The notes under the pieces are model-generated. The model worked only from the letters and a program-made list of their open reading frames with translations, made no database searches and was not told where the DNA came from. A stretch of DNA of 64,000 nt from Octopus sinensis (taxonomy: Eukaryota): positions 5,208,001 to 5,272,000 of the forward strand of contig NC_043022.1 of assembly GCF_006345805.1 (NCBI RefSeq), in the 5' to 3' direction. Each line of letters starts with the position of its first letter. Within the stretch, counting starts at the first letter, position 1. Shown here piece after piece: positions 39,055 to 52,830 of this stretch. Position numbers and translations under genes: made by a program.

Positions 39055-40269
39055 ACACACTCATGCAAACATATACATGTTTACGAGTGTATGTGTGTAT
39101 GTATGTATTTATATGCACACATATATGATATATATATAACTGTGTCTCTGTAAATAGCTGTGTCTTTCAGCCATTGTATTTATGGAAATCCTTTAATTCA
39201 TTTCACATCAAGAGCCTTACGGCATTAAATAAACTATTTCAGTGACTAAACCATATTTTCTTTGGCAGCGGAAAAGATTCTCTCTGTTATTATTTTGATT
39301 AAATTCTCAAGAAAGTCTAAAAATGCCATCGTTTATTGTTTTGGTAATCCTGAGGAACTAAATGCAACTAACAGTCACCATTATTCTCTCTCTACTTCTC
39401 CAGAAGTTCGTCGACAGGATAATGTCTGACGACCAGTATTTACGTATTTTCTGCTCGGTATTAAAACGTTAAGTTAATAGTGACCAAAATAACACCATGT
39501 CACCCATATTCTTCTCAAACTGTTTTTCCAAAAACTTGTAATTGAAACAAGAACTTGAAATAGTTTTCTTGAAAATTTTAATCTGAAAATAAAGCGAAAA
39601 TGCTGCAGGGTGTATTTATCCGGAGGAAATACTGGCTGCTGGTCTTATTGTAAATAAGCAAAACTTTAACCATTTTCTGCAGTTTCTCTGTTGTTCTGAG
39701 GTCATGAAACTACAATGCAAAAATGTGTGTTGCTATATCTGTGTAGTTAAAAAGGCTGGTTTAGTAATCCCTAGGTCTTGGATTCAATCTCTCAGTGTGG
39801 CAAGTGTCTTCTACAATAATATTGATTTGACTTACAAATGGTGAGAACAATTCAGCAGATGAAAATTGTGTGATAGTCCATCATATGTGTTATATGCATA
39901 TATGTTGTAGTGGAAATGGTACACCCCTCCCATGGGACAAGTGGTATGACCCAGTCACTATAAAGTGAGACGACATCAACCAGTACAGAGAGTCATGTAT
40001 CAGTCATCGTAGTCGTACAAGTTCTCAGTTGGAGTTAAGGGTCAGTTACATGTTATAGTCAAGTTTGAGTCAGTCAAGGTGGACGGTTCAAATTCAGTGT
40101 CTTGCAGAGCTGTTAGCAATAGCACAATAGACAAAGCGGCATATTACCATTCTGGTATAGAAGAAATACACTGTATCCGATACCAAGCAAATATTGTGGC
40201 TACTAGAGTAGATCCAACAGCTGCAGTCACAACAGTGGCCAGACATTATAACTGTGGAAATCACCACAC

Positions 40270-40499
40270 CATCACAATATCATCATCATCATCATCATCA
40301 ATCATCGTTTAGCGTCCGTTTTCCATGCTAGCATGGGTTGGATGGTTCAACTGAGGTCTGTGAAGCCAGAAGGCTTCATCAGGCCCAGTCAGATCTGGCA
40401 ATGTTTCTATGGCTAGATGCCCTTCCTAACGCCAACCACTCCGTGAGTGTAGTGGGTGCTTTTTACGTGCCACCCGCACAGGTGCCAGACAGAGCTGGC
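40270..40499 (-). mobile_element. RTE 3' UTR fragment abutting the tRNA terminator
   Basis: Minus: gccagctctgtctggcacctgtgcgggtggcac...ttggcgttaggaagggcatc...(gat)n. Further copies at 16420-16540, 19650-19885, 41290-41600, 42670-42860, 58400-58630 and 61575-61920. Confidence 0.8.
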
Positions 40500-40506
40500 A
40501 AAAAAA
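40500..40506 (-). terminator. RNA polymerase III terminator (T7) for tRNA-Pro
   Basis: A7 run on plus, read as TTTTTTT on minus, 6 nt downstream of the tRNA 3' end. Confidence 0.8.
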
Positions 40507-40512
40507 CTCCTT

Positions 40513-40584
40513 GGGCTCATCCGGGAATTGAACCCGGGACCTCTCGCACCCGAAGCGAGAATCATACCCCTAGACCAACGAGCC
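40513..40584 (-). tRNA. tRNA-Pro-CGG: tRNA-Pro, anticodon CGG
   Basis: Minus strand reads GGCTCGTTGGTCTAGGGGTATGATTCTCGCTTCGGGTGCGAGAGGTCCCGGGTTCAATTCCCGGATGAGCCC (72 nt). Full cloverleaf with A and B boxes; anticodon arm CTCGC-TT-CGG-GT-GCGAG. Matches the canonical eukaryotic tRNA-Pro as I recall it, apart from two positions. Confidence 0.95.
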
Positions 40585-43061
40585 GTGTGCAAGTATTATA
40601 TATAATACTTGCACACATTCTTCTTCATCAAACCATCCAGCTTTAATTAGTGACACAATGAGGTTCCAGATCTCCATTGTGCTCTTCGAGTGGCTAAAGT
40701 GAATTGAAGAATTGTCAGTTCTATCAACTGCCAGTAGTAATCCATTAATTGGATTGGTTGACCCCAGACTGACCGTTGGCTGGAGAGCCTCTTCTGCCCA
40801 TACTGTGTTGTGTAGTTATGCTGAACGAAGATTATACATCAAATGAAGATCAATACATCCAATTCCACAACTGCCACACTGCTGCCCCACCCACCCCATG
40901 ACCTTGGCTTTGGACAATTTCATCATTGAAGTTAACTCCTCTTTATACACTCTATTAGGTGGCCATTGACTCTTACAATTCTCTCTTCTTATGCACACAT
41001 ACATATATACGTATACACACACACACACACATGCATGTGCACACACACACACACACATAAGTGCATGCACACACATGCATGCACACACACACACACGCAA
41101 GTACATGGTAGCTGTCAACTTACAGCCGAGTCTAACCATCACTGGTAAATTATCTTTGCTGTTAAAGACAATGGCTATCAGCAATGCCTGTGCTAGAATT
41201 TAAAGTCAATAACAGTTTGCACACAACACTGTCAGGACTTGCCAAATAGTCCAGAAATAAAACAAGGGCAAGACCCCCGGCTCCGCAATCATCATCATCA
41301 TCGTTTAGCGTCCGTTTTCCGCGCTAGCACGGGTTGGACGGTTCGATCGGGGTCTGAGAAGCCAGGGGCTGCACCAGGCTCCAGTCTGATCTGGCAATGT
41401 TTCTACAGCTGGATGCCCTTCCTAACGCCAACCACTCTGCGAGTGTAGTGGGTGCTTTTTACGTGCCACCTGCACAGGTGCCAGGGGAGTCTGGCATCAG
41501 CCACGATTGGTTGGTGCTTTTAACGTGCCTCCGGCACAGAAGCCAGCCAAGGCGGCGCTGGCAGCGGCCACGTTCGGATGGTGCTTTTTATAGGCCACCA
41601 TAAGTATTATTTCAGAATTTGCTTCTCTTATAAGATGTCTTAACAAAGACTTAGGGCGCCTCTCGCTCCCATCTCTTGGATGACTGTTGATGGGTTTTGT
41701 TTTTCATCCCTTCAAGATGTCCAACCAGAACCACCATAATAAGGTTTTGTGGGGTTGCTGGTTTTGTTGCTGAGAATCCGACTATGTGACAGGTTACCTA
41801 TACCACTAGGAACATATACTCACTCATCTCTCATAACACACTTATACACAAAAGTGTGTGTATGTATACACACACCAACATGTGTATGTTTAATGTGTGT
41901 GTGTGTGTGTGTATGCGTTTGTGTCTTCTGGTCTTGACATTGTGTGATAGTTGTAAATGAGTGTCCCTGTCATACAAGCAGTGTGTTTCATTTCAAATAT
42001 CTTGTAAAAACATGTCTGGCCATGAAGAAATATTCTTTTCTATTCTAGGCTCAAGGCCTGAAATTTTTGGGAAGGGGCCAGTCGATTAGATCAACCCCAG
42101 TATGCAACTGGTACTTATTTTATCAACCCTGAAAGGATGAAAAGGCAAAGTCGACCTCAGTGGAATTTGAACTCAGAATGTAACGACAGATGAAATACCG
42201 CTAAGCATTTCACCCGGCATGCTAACAATTCTGCCAGCTCACCGCATTGGCCATGAAGGAATATTACCTTGCTTGGAAATAGGTGAGGGTTGGCAACAGG
42301 AAGAGTATCCAGCCGTAAAAAATCTGCATCAAACAAAATCCATCCAAGCTATGCAAATATGGAGAAGTGGTCTGTAAAATGAAATGATCATGATGATGCA
42401 TATATATATTCATTAAGCTCATGATCGAAAGGTTGTTGGTTCAAGTCCTAGACTGAGCAACATGTTGAGCAAGCCACATCATTTCATGTTGCTCCGATCA
42501 GCTGAGCTGGAAACAAGGGCCAGCTGAGTGTTGGTGCATCCCTCTTACCCCATCCAGCAGTCACATCTTGGTTATAATGCTGGGTCAAGACAGAGGGAGC
42601 AGGCCAAGGAGGCCGTCTATGTCTATTGCTTATAACTATATGGACACCTTAAAGAAGTAGTGAAGGTGTGGTCATCATCATCATCATCATCATTTAGTGT
42701 CTGCTTTCCATGCTAGCATAGGTTGGATAGTTCAGCAGGGGTCTGGGAAGCCAGGGGCTGCACCAGGCACCAATCTGATCTGGCAATGTTTCTATGGCTG
42801 GATGCCCTTCCTAATGCCAACCACTCCATGAGTGTAGTGGGTGCTTTTTACGTGCCAGACGCTTGACAACCAATGTTTGTGTACTTATGACCCTGTAACT
42901 TAGCAGTTTGGCAAAACAGACCAATAAAATAAGTACTAGGCTTACAAAGAATAAGTCCCAGGGTTGCTTTGTTCAACTAAAAGCAGTGCTCCAGCATAGC
43001 CATAGTCAAATGACTGAAACAAGTAAATAAGTAAACATATTTTATATACATGCATACATAC

Positions 43062-43093
<32 letters not shown>

Positions 43094-43676
43094 ATATATG
43101 TATGTATGTATATATGCTTGTATATAGATAAGCACAATTGGTATAGACAGGCCTGAGAGTAAAATGGGTTTATATAAATGTCCTCATTGTCTCTGTTTTG
43201 AGTCAAATGAAGATAATGGTCCTGGAATCTATGTGGCGGAAGATGGCAACAATTCTCTCCAAAGATCAACAATAGTTGAAGAGTCTTTGTGAAGTTACAG
43301 AAATGATATCAATGGAATTCAAACTCGGTATTGTCAGACTGTTCCATTGTCGGCATCAACTGGTTTCCCCTGGCGTGATAGAGTAAAGTCCAAAGCCAAT
43401 GCCATAACGTTGTAATTTACCATTTTTCTGCTGTCCTGGATTGGTCGGTCGATGGAGGGAATTTTCTCAACAGTGTCATTAAGCTTGTGTGTGGTTGCGC
43501 TCGTATAATTAGGTGTGTGTGCGGATGTATGCATGCATGAGTGTGCATGTGTATGTGGATATATGTGTCTATGTATGTGTGTTTGTACAAGTGTTTGAGT
43601 ACATGTATGTATTTATGTGTGTGTATGTGTACATATAAATATGTACACATATGCACAAATATAATATGTAAATATT

Positions 43677-43708
<32 letters not shown>

Positions 43709-43767
43709 CATACACTCATGCGCATATATATTCCATATAAACACATATATATATATATATATGTATA

Positions 43768-43811
<44 letters not shown>

Positions 43812-44303
43812 ATATGATATATATATATGTGTGTGTGGTGTGTGTGTGTGTGTATGTTTATATATTATACTTATATACACACATTCACACACACAAACAC
43901 ATGTACACACAAACACACACACACGCACATATATCATTTACATATATACATATATGCATACATATATATTATACCTGTGCAAATATATTTAGATTATACA
44001 CATCTGTACACATATACATACACATACACACACACTCAGACACACACACACACAGACAGACACACACACACGTGCACATACACATACACACTCTTTGTGG
44101 CTCTTTACTGACAAATATGAATGGTGAAAGGTTTGTATCTGAATTTGTGCGTGTACATGTGACCGTGTGTGTATTTATAATATATATGTGAATGTGTATA
44201 TACACATACATCTATAAACTTTGTGTATTCATGTATGTATGTATGTACTATCTATATACATGTTTATGTGTGTTCATCTATGTATGTACATATGTATATA
44301 TAT

Positions 44304-44347
<44 letters not shown>

Positions 44348-44354
44348 ATATATA

Positions 44355-44414
<60 letters not shown>

Positions 44415-44504
44415 TCAAAATAAGCAACAGAATAACTTCGGTAATTTGGTATGCATGTGAATCTAAATTTTGCTGAACTTATATATATATATATATATAA
44501 ATAT

Positions 44505-44537
<33 letters not shown>

Positions 44538-45040
44538 ATATATATTATGTATGTATGTATGTATGTATGTATGTATATGTGTTATGTATGTATGAGTATG
44601 TATGTATGTATGTATGTATGTATGTATGTATGTGTGTATGTATGTTGAGTATGTATGTATGTATGTATGTATGTATGTATGTATGTATGAGTATGTATGT
44701 ATGTATGTATGTGTGTGTGTATGAGTATGTGTGTATGAGTATGTATGTATGTATGTATGTATGTATGTATGTACACACTTATGAATGTGTATGAAGGAGG
44801 AGGCAGGAATTGAAACCCTGATAGATTTATGCTGGCTTTACACATTCTTTTAAAAGTCTATTCTAATTTTCTCTAATAGTTTCATCCTCCTACCCCTACC
44901 CCCACCCCGTTTTCGTCTCATTCTTTTTTTCCCCCTCTTCAACCTTTTACACTTGATTAAAGGTGATTCTTGTCTTCTTCACTCAGGTGAAATGCATATG
45001 TGCATACACACACAAACACGCACACACCACACATATTATT

Positions 45041-45071
<31 letters not shown>

Positions 45072-45135
45072 GCATGTATATATAAATAATTGGATCTATC
45101 TATGTATCTATATATGTGTATGTATATGCACACAT

Positions 45136-45178
<43 letters not shown>

Positions 45179-46754
45179 GAGGGAGTGAGAAAGAGAGAGA
45201 AAGAAAGAGAGAGAGACTGATACAGATATCTATTTATATACAACCATATATAAATATATATATACGTGTAAGCGTATGTGTAAGTGTGTGTGTGTATATA
45301 TATATATAAATGCGTACATATAATTATAAATACATATATATATATATTGATGCATGTGTATGTATGTAAGTATATATATATATATAATTTAATAACAGTC
45401 TGATAAAATGCATGCTCACACACACACACACACACGGAGTTCAGTTCCCTGTCATTCGTGACTCTCTATTTGTGGATAACAAAAGTAAACAATTCCATTT
45501 GAAAAGCAAAAAAAAAAAAAAGAGGGACAAAAGACCCTTCTTTGGTTTTTGTCCTTAACAAAAAAACCAGAATGAATATTTTCTGTCTAAAGCGGCTTCT
45601 CTTTCTCTGTTGTCTTCTTTCAATGGAGATGCAACACACCACTCGCTACTGAATACCGTGAAAAAAACCTTGCTTCATATCTACCTGTTGAGTAGCTTTT
45701 AAGCTTTCTTTGGCCAGAATGCCACAGGTGAGAATCACAAAACTATTATTTCTCATAGATTCGCTTTTGAACTGTTTGGTCGGATGTTTCTTCCTTTTAT
45801 TCTCTAAATAGATATTTATGCTTTCTGTCGAAGTTATTTTTAATGCTAGTACATACCGTACTTGTGCGTATACGTCTTTACGTGTATATACTTATATGTG
45901 TGTGTGCATGTGTATCATAGTGAAAGAGGATTATTCTCGTTAATGGCCTCGGCAGATAATGTTGATAATGCCACAAATTAGTGAATTGTTTCCAATTTTC
46001 ACCATCATATTAAAGAATATTTTCATCATTGTAGTCATATAATGACTGCCATTCCTTCATTGTGTGGTGGCCATTGTTTATGCAGACAGGACACTAAAAT
46101 CCAAAGTTAGTTTTTGATAAAATATAAATCCCTTATTATTATAATTGGAAAATGACGATGATAGAATGGAGTTTCTGAAAGTAAATTGCTTTGTTTCATT
46201 TATGTATTTATTTTGAAGCCTGTTTGAAACTGAATTGCTGGAGAGCCAAGCAGACACCATGGCTAAGCCACTGTTGTTTCACGTGATCTGCTAATTAACA
46301 ACTCAAACTGCATCAAGCCATCTTGTGATTTGACTTTCTAGAACTTACTCATTGAGCCCTATAAAAAGGTGTTTTTGGTAGTAATCCCAGAATGTTGAGG
46401 CAGCTGGTCCCCGAATGTTGAGGCAGCTGGACCCAGAACATCGAGGCAGCTGGTCCCAGAATGTTGAGGCAACCACCTGACAGCTCCTTTCTCATTGCAG
46501 TTTACAAAGCACAGTTTACAAAGCACAGGTTTTGTTGTGATTATTTTCCAGTCGTGATGGACCAACCACAGATATGTAGCAGTTGCATTGTCATAGATAC
46601 AAGAAGTAAGAAGTAAGTCTCTCCTGGTGGGCAATGGTCACTGTTATCTTTCATCCAAAAACCAACAGAGAAAATATTATGTGCAGTAAATAAAACTTCT
46701 GTTAACTGTTTGTGAGTGTTCTTGTTTTTTTGGGGTTTTTTTGTTACACAATTA

Positions 46755-47160
46755 GGCGCAGGAGTGGCTGTGTGGTAAGTAGCTTGTTTACCAACTACAT
46801 GGTTCCGGGTTCAGTCCCACTGCGTGGCACCTTGGGCAAGTGTCTTCTACTATAGCCTCGGGCCGACCAAAGCCTTGTGAGTGGATTTGGTAGACGGAAA
46901 CTGAAAGAAGCCCGTCGTATATATGTATATATATTTATAGATATATGTTTGTGTGTCTGTGTTTGTCCCCCCTAGCATTGCTTGACAACCAATGCTGGTG
47001 TGTTTATGTCCCCGTTACTTAATGGTTCGGCAAAAGAGACTGATAGAATAAGTACTGGGCTTACAAAGAATAAGTCTCAGGGTTGAGTTGCTCGATTAAA
47101 GGCGGTGCTCCAGCATGGCCGCAGTCAAATGACTGAAACAAGTAAAAGAGTAAAAGAGTA
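46755..47160 (+). mobile_element. SINE type A
   Basis: Full-length copy. Confidence 0.9.
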
Positions 47161-47813
47161 ATTAGAGAAAGAAACCTGCAATAAATACATCGAAAGCAGT
47201 GGTTCTCAACCATTTTGTAGCTTTGGACCCCTTTCATTACTGTTTTATTCTGGTGGACCCCAAAAGCCATTTAATGTTTAAAAACATTTTCATTTCCCAC
47301 CAACAGGAAATTCACAAACAACAGCACACAACAGTTTATTTATTATAAAAGTTCGCCTCTGTCATGTTTTTGGAAAGAAGATTAAAATTCTAGAACTCAT
47401 TGTCAGGACCCCCATCTGACAAAAGCCTAGATATTTGCTCCAAGGGTGCCAAACCCTGTCATTCAAGGATTAATTTACATAACAACTTAAAGGCTTGCTG
47501 TTCTCCCTTATGATCTTTGATTATGAAGAACTGCAATCAGTGTCAACAGCAATATAAACAACATTGATGGCATCGGATAAAATATTGAAAGGTGAAAATT
47601 AATTATCTTGATTGTTAATGATGTAATTATGAATTATTGTTCTTGTCTATACATGAAAATAGAATGTTGTTATTGTAGTTTTAAAAAAACTCATACAAAA
47701 CTCATCCAATGCCGTCAAAGAGTCTTGAAATATCTCAATCTTCAGGCAATAACCTTCCAAGACCATTTTCCTACATTGTGTTCCACAAATAACTTTCATT
47801 CATATTTCTATAT

Positions 47814-49440
47814 CAGTGGTTCTCAACCATTTTTTTTTTCTTATCTAGGGGCCCTTTTGACTACTATTTCATTCTGGTGGACCCAACCCTAGCCATTTGA
47901 TGTTTAAAATTTTGTTTTATAGAAACTTTTTTCAGAATTCTTATTTTGCTTTCCACTTATTCACTTATGTGGGTTTGCAATGGAACTCTCTGAGAAAACA
48001 TGCTTCAGTGACCAGAAACATGTTAAACTATGTAAAGAATCAGAGAAAGAAACCTGGCTCTTTCTTGCAATAAATACATCCAAAACAGTGGTTCTCAACC
48101 ATTCTTTACCTAAGGACCCTTTCATTACTATTTTATTCTGGTGGACCCACCCATAGCCATTTGATGTTTAAAAACTAGTTTTATAGAAACTTCTTTCAAA
48201 ATTCCTATTTTGCTTTCCACTCATTCACTTTTGTGGGTTTGCAATGGAACTCTCTGAGAGGACATGCTTCAATGACCAGAAATATGTCGAACTATGTAAA
48301 GAATCAGAGAAAGAAACCTGGCTCTTTCTTGCAATAAATACATCCAAAACAGTGGTTCTCAACCATTCTTTACCTAAGGACCCTTTCATTACTATTTTAT
48401 TCTGGTGGACCCACCCTTAGCCATTTGATGTTTAAAAACTAGTTTTATAGAAACTTCTTTCAAAATTCCTATTTTGCTTTCCACTCATTCACTTTTGTGG
48501 GTTTGCAATGGAATTCTCTGAGAAAACATGCTTCAATGACCAGAAATATGTCGAACTATGTAAAGAATCAGAGAAAGAAACCTGGCTCTTTCTTGCAATA
48601 AATACATCCAAAACAGTGGTTCTCAACCATTCTTTACCTAACGACCCTTTCATTACTATTTTATTCTGGTGGACACCATTTGATGTTTAAAATTTTCTTT
48701 AATAGAGACTTCTTTCAAAATTCTTATTTTGCTTTCCACTCATTCACTTTTGTGGGTTTGCAATGGAACTCTCTGAGAGAACATGCTTCAGTGGTTAGAA
48801 ACATGTCAAAGAATCAGAGAAAGAAACCTGGCTCTTTCTTGCAATAAATACATCCAAAACAGTGGTTCTCAACCATTTTTTACCTAAGGACCCTTTCATT
48901 ACTATTTTATTCTGGTGGACACCATTTGATGTTTAAAATTTTGTTTTATAGAAACTTCTTTCAAAATTCCTATTCTGCTTTCCACTCATTCACTTTTGTG
49001 GGTTTGCAATGGAATTCTCTGAGAGGACATGCTTCAGTGACCAGAAACATGTCAAAGAATTAGAGAAAGAAACCTGCAATAAATACATCGAAAGCAGTGG
49101 TTCCCAACCATTTTGTAGCTTTGGACCCCTTTCATTACTGTTTTATTCTGGTGGACCCCAAAAGCCATTCAATTTTTAAAAACTAGTTTTATGGAAACAT
49201 CTCTCAAGATTCCTGTTTTGTTTTCCCCCCATTCACTTGTCTGGGTTTGCAATAGAAATCTATGCGAGAACATATTTCTGGTCACTGAAATACGTTGAAC
49301 TTTGTAAAACATCAGAGAAGAAAGAAACCCAGTCGTTTCTTGTAAAAAATACATCTAAAACAGTCATTCTCAACCATTTTTTTCTTTTTTCACCAATGGA
49401 CCCCTTTAGTTACCATTTCATTCTGGTGGACATCATTTGA
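47814..49440 (+). repeat. Satellite-like array (235-272-bp units) derived from a hAT left end
   Basis: CAGTGGTTCTCAACC-type TIR at 47814, 48086, 48350, 48614, 48860, 49095 and 49361; orphan copy at 47197. Confidence 0.85.
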
Positions 49441-49786
49441 TGTAATAAATAAATCTAAAGCAAATTTTTTCCCTGGATCCTTAAAATATTACTGTGGATT
49501 TCAGGATTCCGGCTTTCCATACAACCCTCCATTATGGAAAGCCAGAAGCTCCATTATCTGCTTTGGCATAGTTTCCATAGGCTGGGTGCCCTTAATGAAT
49601 GCCAGTCACTTTACAGAATGAACAAGGTGCTTATTGACTGGGGTAGTCTCCTACCTGGCTGGCTCCAGTCAACCATCCTACCCATGCATACATGAGAGAC
49701 AGATGATAAATGATGATGATGTATATATACATGTAAATATATATATATCTAAATGTGTATATATATATGTATGTATATATATACAT

Positions 49787-49833
<47 letters not shown>

Positions 49834-49881
49834 TATATATGTATATATATATCTATATATATATATATATATATATATATC

Positions 49882-49985
<104 letters not shown>

Positions 49986-50950
49986 ATATATATGTTATGT
50001 TATATTCTGTTAAGGACGTAGTAGAGTACAGTATAAAGCTTGTCCACCTTCAGATTTCCCCCTGTGCTATCCAGTAGTAGTATCACACTTCATCTCATGT
50101 TTCTCTTCAATCACTTCGACACCTGACGTGTGTTGCACTGTGCACCTGTTCAGGTGCAATAAGGTAAGGTCAACAAAAAAAGCACTCCATCCAGTGAGCA
50201 ATAAATTTAATTTTATCGTACACTGCATTAAGGCAACAGATACTAAAATTACTTGCTGTGGAAACATGTGGCAAGCAATCTTGAGGCTCTGAGCACATGG
50301 TCTGTTCTGTTTTGAAAGATTTCTTAGAGATACAAGGCATATTATAAAAACCTGCAAAGCCACATGTCTCCATGGCAAGAAACTCATAGTAGCTTTTGTA
50401 TTAATACAATGTACATTAAATGAACATATATGCGTTTAATGTATGTGTGTGTGTAGAGTGGGTGGGAGTGTATGGTGCATGGGAGTGTGCATTTATATGT
50501 ATTTGTGTGTGTGTGTGACTATTTCTGATAAACAACCAGTTTCCAATTCTTTTTCTAAATATGTAACTAAGCTGTTTCTGTTATTAATGATGACATTGAT
50601 TATACTCTAATAATCACCTCGTTAATTGATTAATTAGTAAAGGAGAAACAAAAACAATAATTCTCAGTTCAATATTTCTCTCCCACCACACACACACACA
50701 CACACACACACATAAACATCCTCTTGTTGCATTTTTTTGACTTTCTTCTCATTGCATTAATTATGAAAACTGTTTTGTCAACTTCCTACATCTAACCCCC
50801 CACCCCCACCCCCATCCACTCCATCTCTGCATCACTCTTCTCATATACACTTGTAAATATATGAGAGAAGTGTAGATGATAAATGGATAACACACACACA
50901 CAAATATACACATAGAAATACACATATATATTTTTACATAGACACATGTA

Positions 50951-50988
<38 letters not shown>

Positions 50989-51022
50989 AGTACACACATA
51001 TATATTGACACATTATTATAAC

Positions 51023-51054
<32 letters not shown>

Positions 51055-51245
51055 TATATTATATATATATACATGCATGCACACACACACACAGTTGTAA
51101 TGATGAAGTCAAAGAAATAGTAATATTTTGAAATCATATAATGCATGCATTTGAGGTGTGTGTAATGTTTAATAAGAAATGCACCCATTACGTAAGACCT
51201 TCCTCGGTTAAAACATATATATATAAATTTCATTCCATAATGGCT

Positions 51246-51328
51246 ACCTCTGATGAGTACAGGGTTACATAATCAGACTGTTATCTAACACTTCATTGAA
51301 CCCCTAGTGTGAAACCGATTGGTAAGAT
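51246..51328 (+). ncRNA. Degenerate hammerhead motif with long stem II
   Basis: ACCT | CTGATGA | about 54 nt with AGGGTT/AACCC | GAAA | CC-GATT-GG | TA | AGAT. One mismatch in stem I. Confidence 0.45.
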
Positions 51329-52629
51329 CGGCTGTAATGGATATGTAAAACTGTACACTTCAGTTAATATATATATATATACAACATACGTACATATATA
51401 TATATAGTATATATAAACATATGTATATCATTCAAGCATGGCAGAGGGTGAATATATTCTTAAAGTCAAGTTTTAGTTACTCGTGAGCATTTCTAAGCAT
51501 CAGCCCTAATTCAGCTCTCAACCAAACTGCCTGTGGTTCTTTAGAAATGATGGTTCACATTTTGAGATCAAATAGTTGAAATTTCATTCATTCAAAAGAA
51601 AGAAAAAAAACAGAAAAAAGCTTCGGTCAGAATATGTGAGGTCTAAAATGGGAGAGTAAAACAAGAAATTAAGTTTGAATGAAAATATCTAAGTTATTTT
51701 TCAAGAAAAATATAGACTAAATGGGTTTGAAAGAATATGCTCATTGGAAAAAATCATTAGGTGAAAACCTCACTAAAAAGTGTCAGCTCTGAAAAAAGTT
51801 GGGTGGCTTTAAGTGATGAAAAGAAAATGGTGAGTAACCCCCAAAATTGAATTTGAATCAAAATATCTCAGCTATTGTTAAAGAAAACTGTATGGTAGTT
51901 AAGAGAGTTCAATGAGATGGATCTTATAGTAGAAACCTTGTGAAAAAATATTAGCTTCAAAAAATGGTGTGGTTTTAAGTGATCTAAGAACGTTGATCAT
52001 CTTAACAAATTAAAATGTTTTTGTCATTTTAAGACATTTATCGTTATAAAAGAGTCATGGGTCATTTAGCTTAATGGTACAGAGTGCTCGTCTGGAGTTT
52101 GAGAGGTATGTGGTTTGATACTCTATAGCGGCTTGCCAGCCACTTGTTTTCCATTTTCTATTGGGATTTAGCTAATCTTCTAAGCTGTTTTCACAGCTTT
52201 TCTTTGTTTGAGATTTACTTCAGATGAAAGAGGTCTGTCAGAATAATCTTATGTTAAAAATCTTGACAAAAAATATTAGCTACAAATACTTTTGTGTGGC
52301 TTCAAGTGACAAAATAAAGGTGGTAATTTTAAGAAATGAAACCATTTTTGTCTTTTTAAGAGAAAAATAATATTATTTGAACTCGAATGAAAGACTACAT
52401 TGAGATGAATATTTTGCAGAAAAAACCCTAAGAATATTAAGCATAAAAATAGTTATGATTTTTTGTAATTTCATATTAATTTTTATTATTTTGTCTATGC
52501 ATTAAATCATGTACATATCAAAAACATTAAAATAAAAGATTCCACTCATGAAAAAATATCCTTATTAATTATTAAATTGGAATATAAGATTATTTTATGA
52601 TAAAAATTGTTTAAAAATATATTTTTAAA

Positions 52630-52830
52630 AGATATGCTGCATCCTTCAAGACTTCCATGCTTCCTGAGATTCGCCAACACTACACTTGATTTTCTCCCCT
52701 CCATACACACACAAGCATGTTCACTTTCCAGACATTTCTACATTACTGCATGTACTTTCTATGCACTTTCTGACAAGTTGTGGCGCACCTGAGCACTGTA
52801 TACAATAATTTCATTATATTATATATTATA
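52630..52830 (+). mobile_element. CR1-type LINE extreme 3' end
   Basis: ctgcatccttcaag...actacacttga...gcacctgagcactgtatacaataat; alignable to 29754-29880. Confidence 0.65.

Noticed and set aside
39405-39600. Splice-acceptor-like sites on both strands in a unique AT-rich region
   Set aside because: Adjacent frames close quickly and no recognisable protein results; insufficient support.
43290-43292. Selenocysteine or readthrough at the in-frame TGA
   Set aside because: No SECIS-like element or homology visible; a single stop in a short frame is expected by chance.
49520-49720. Twin-priming-like inversion of an RTE 3' end
   Set aside because: The two opposite-orientation fragments are too diverged to distinguish from independent old insertions.
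50053-50168. Possible internal exon ending at AAG|GTAAGG
   Set aside because: One open frame of 37 codons with no recognisable product and only a moderate acceptor.
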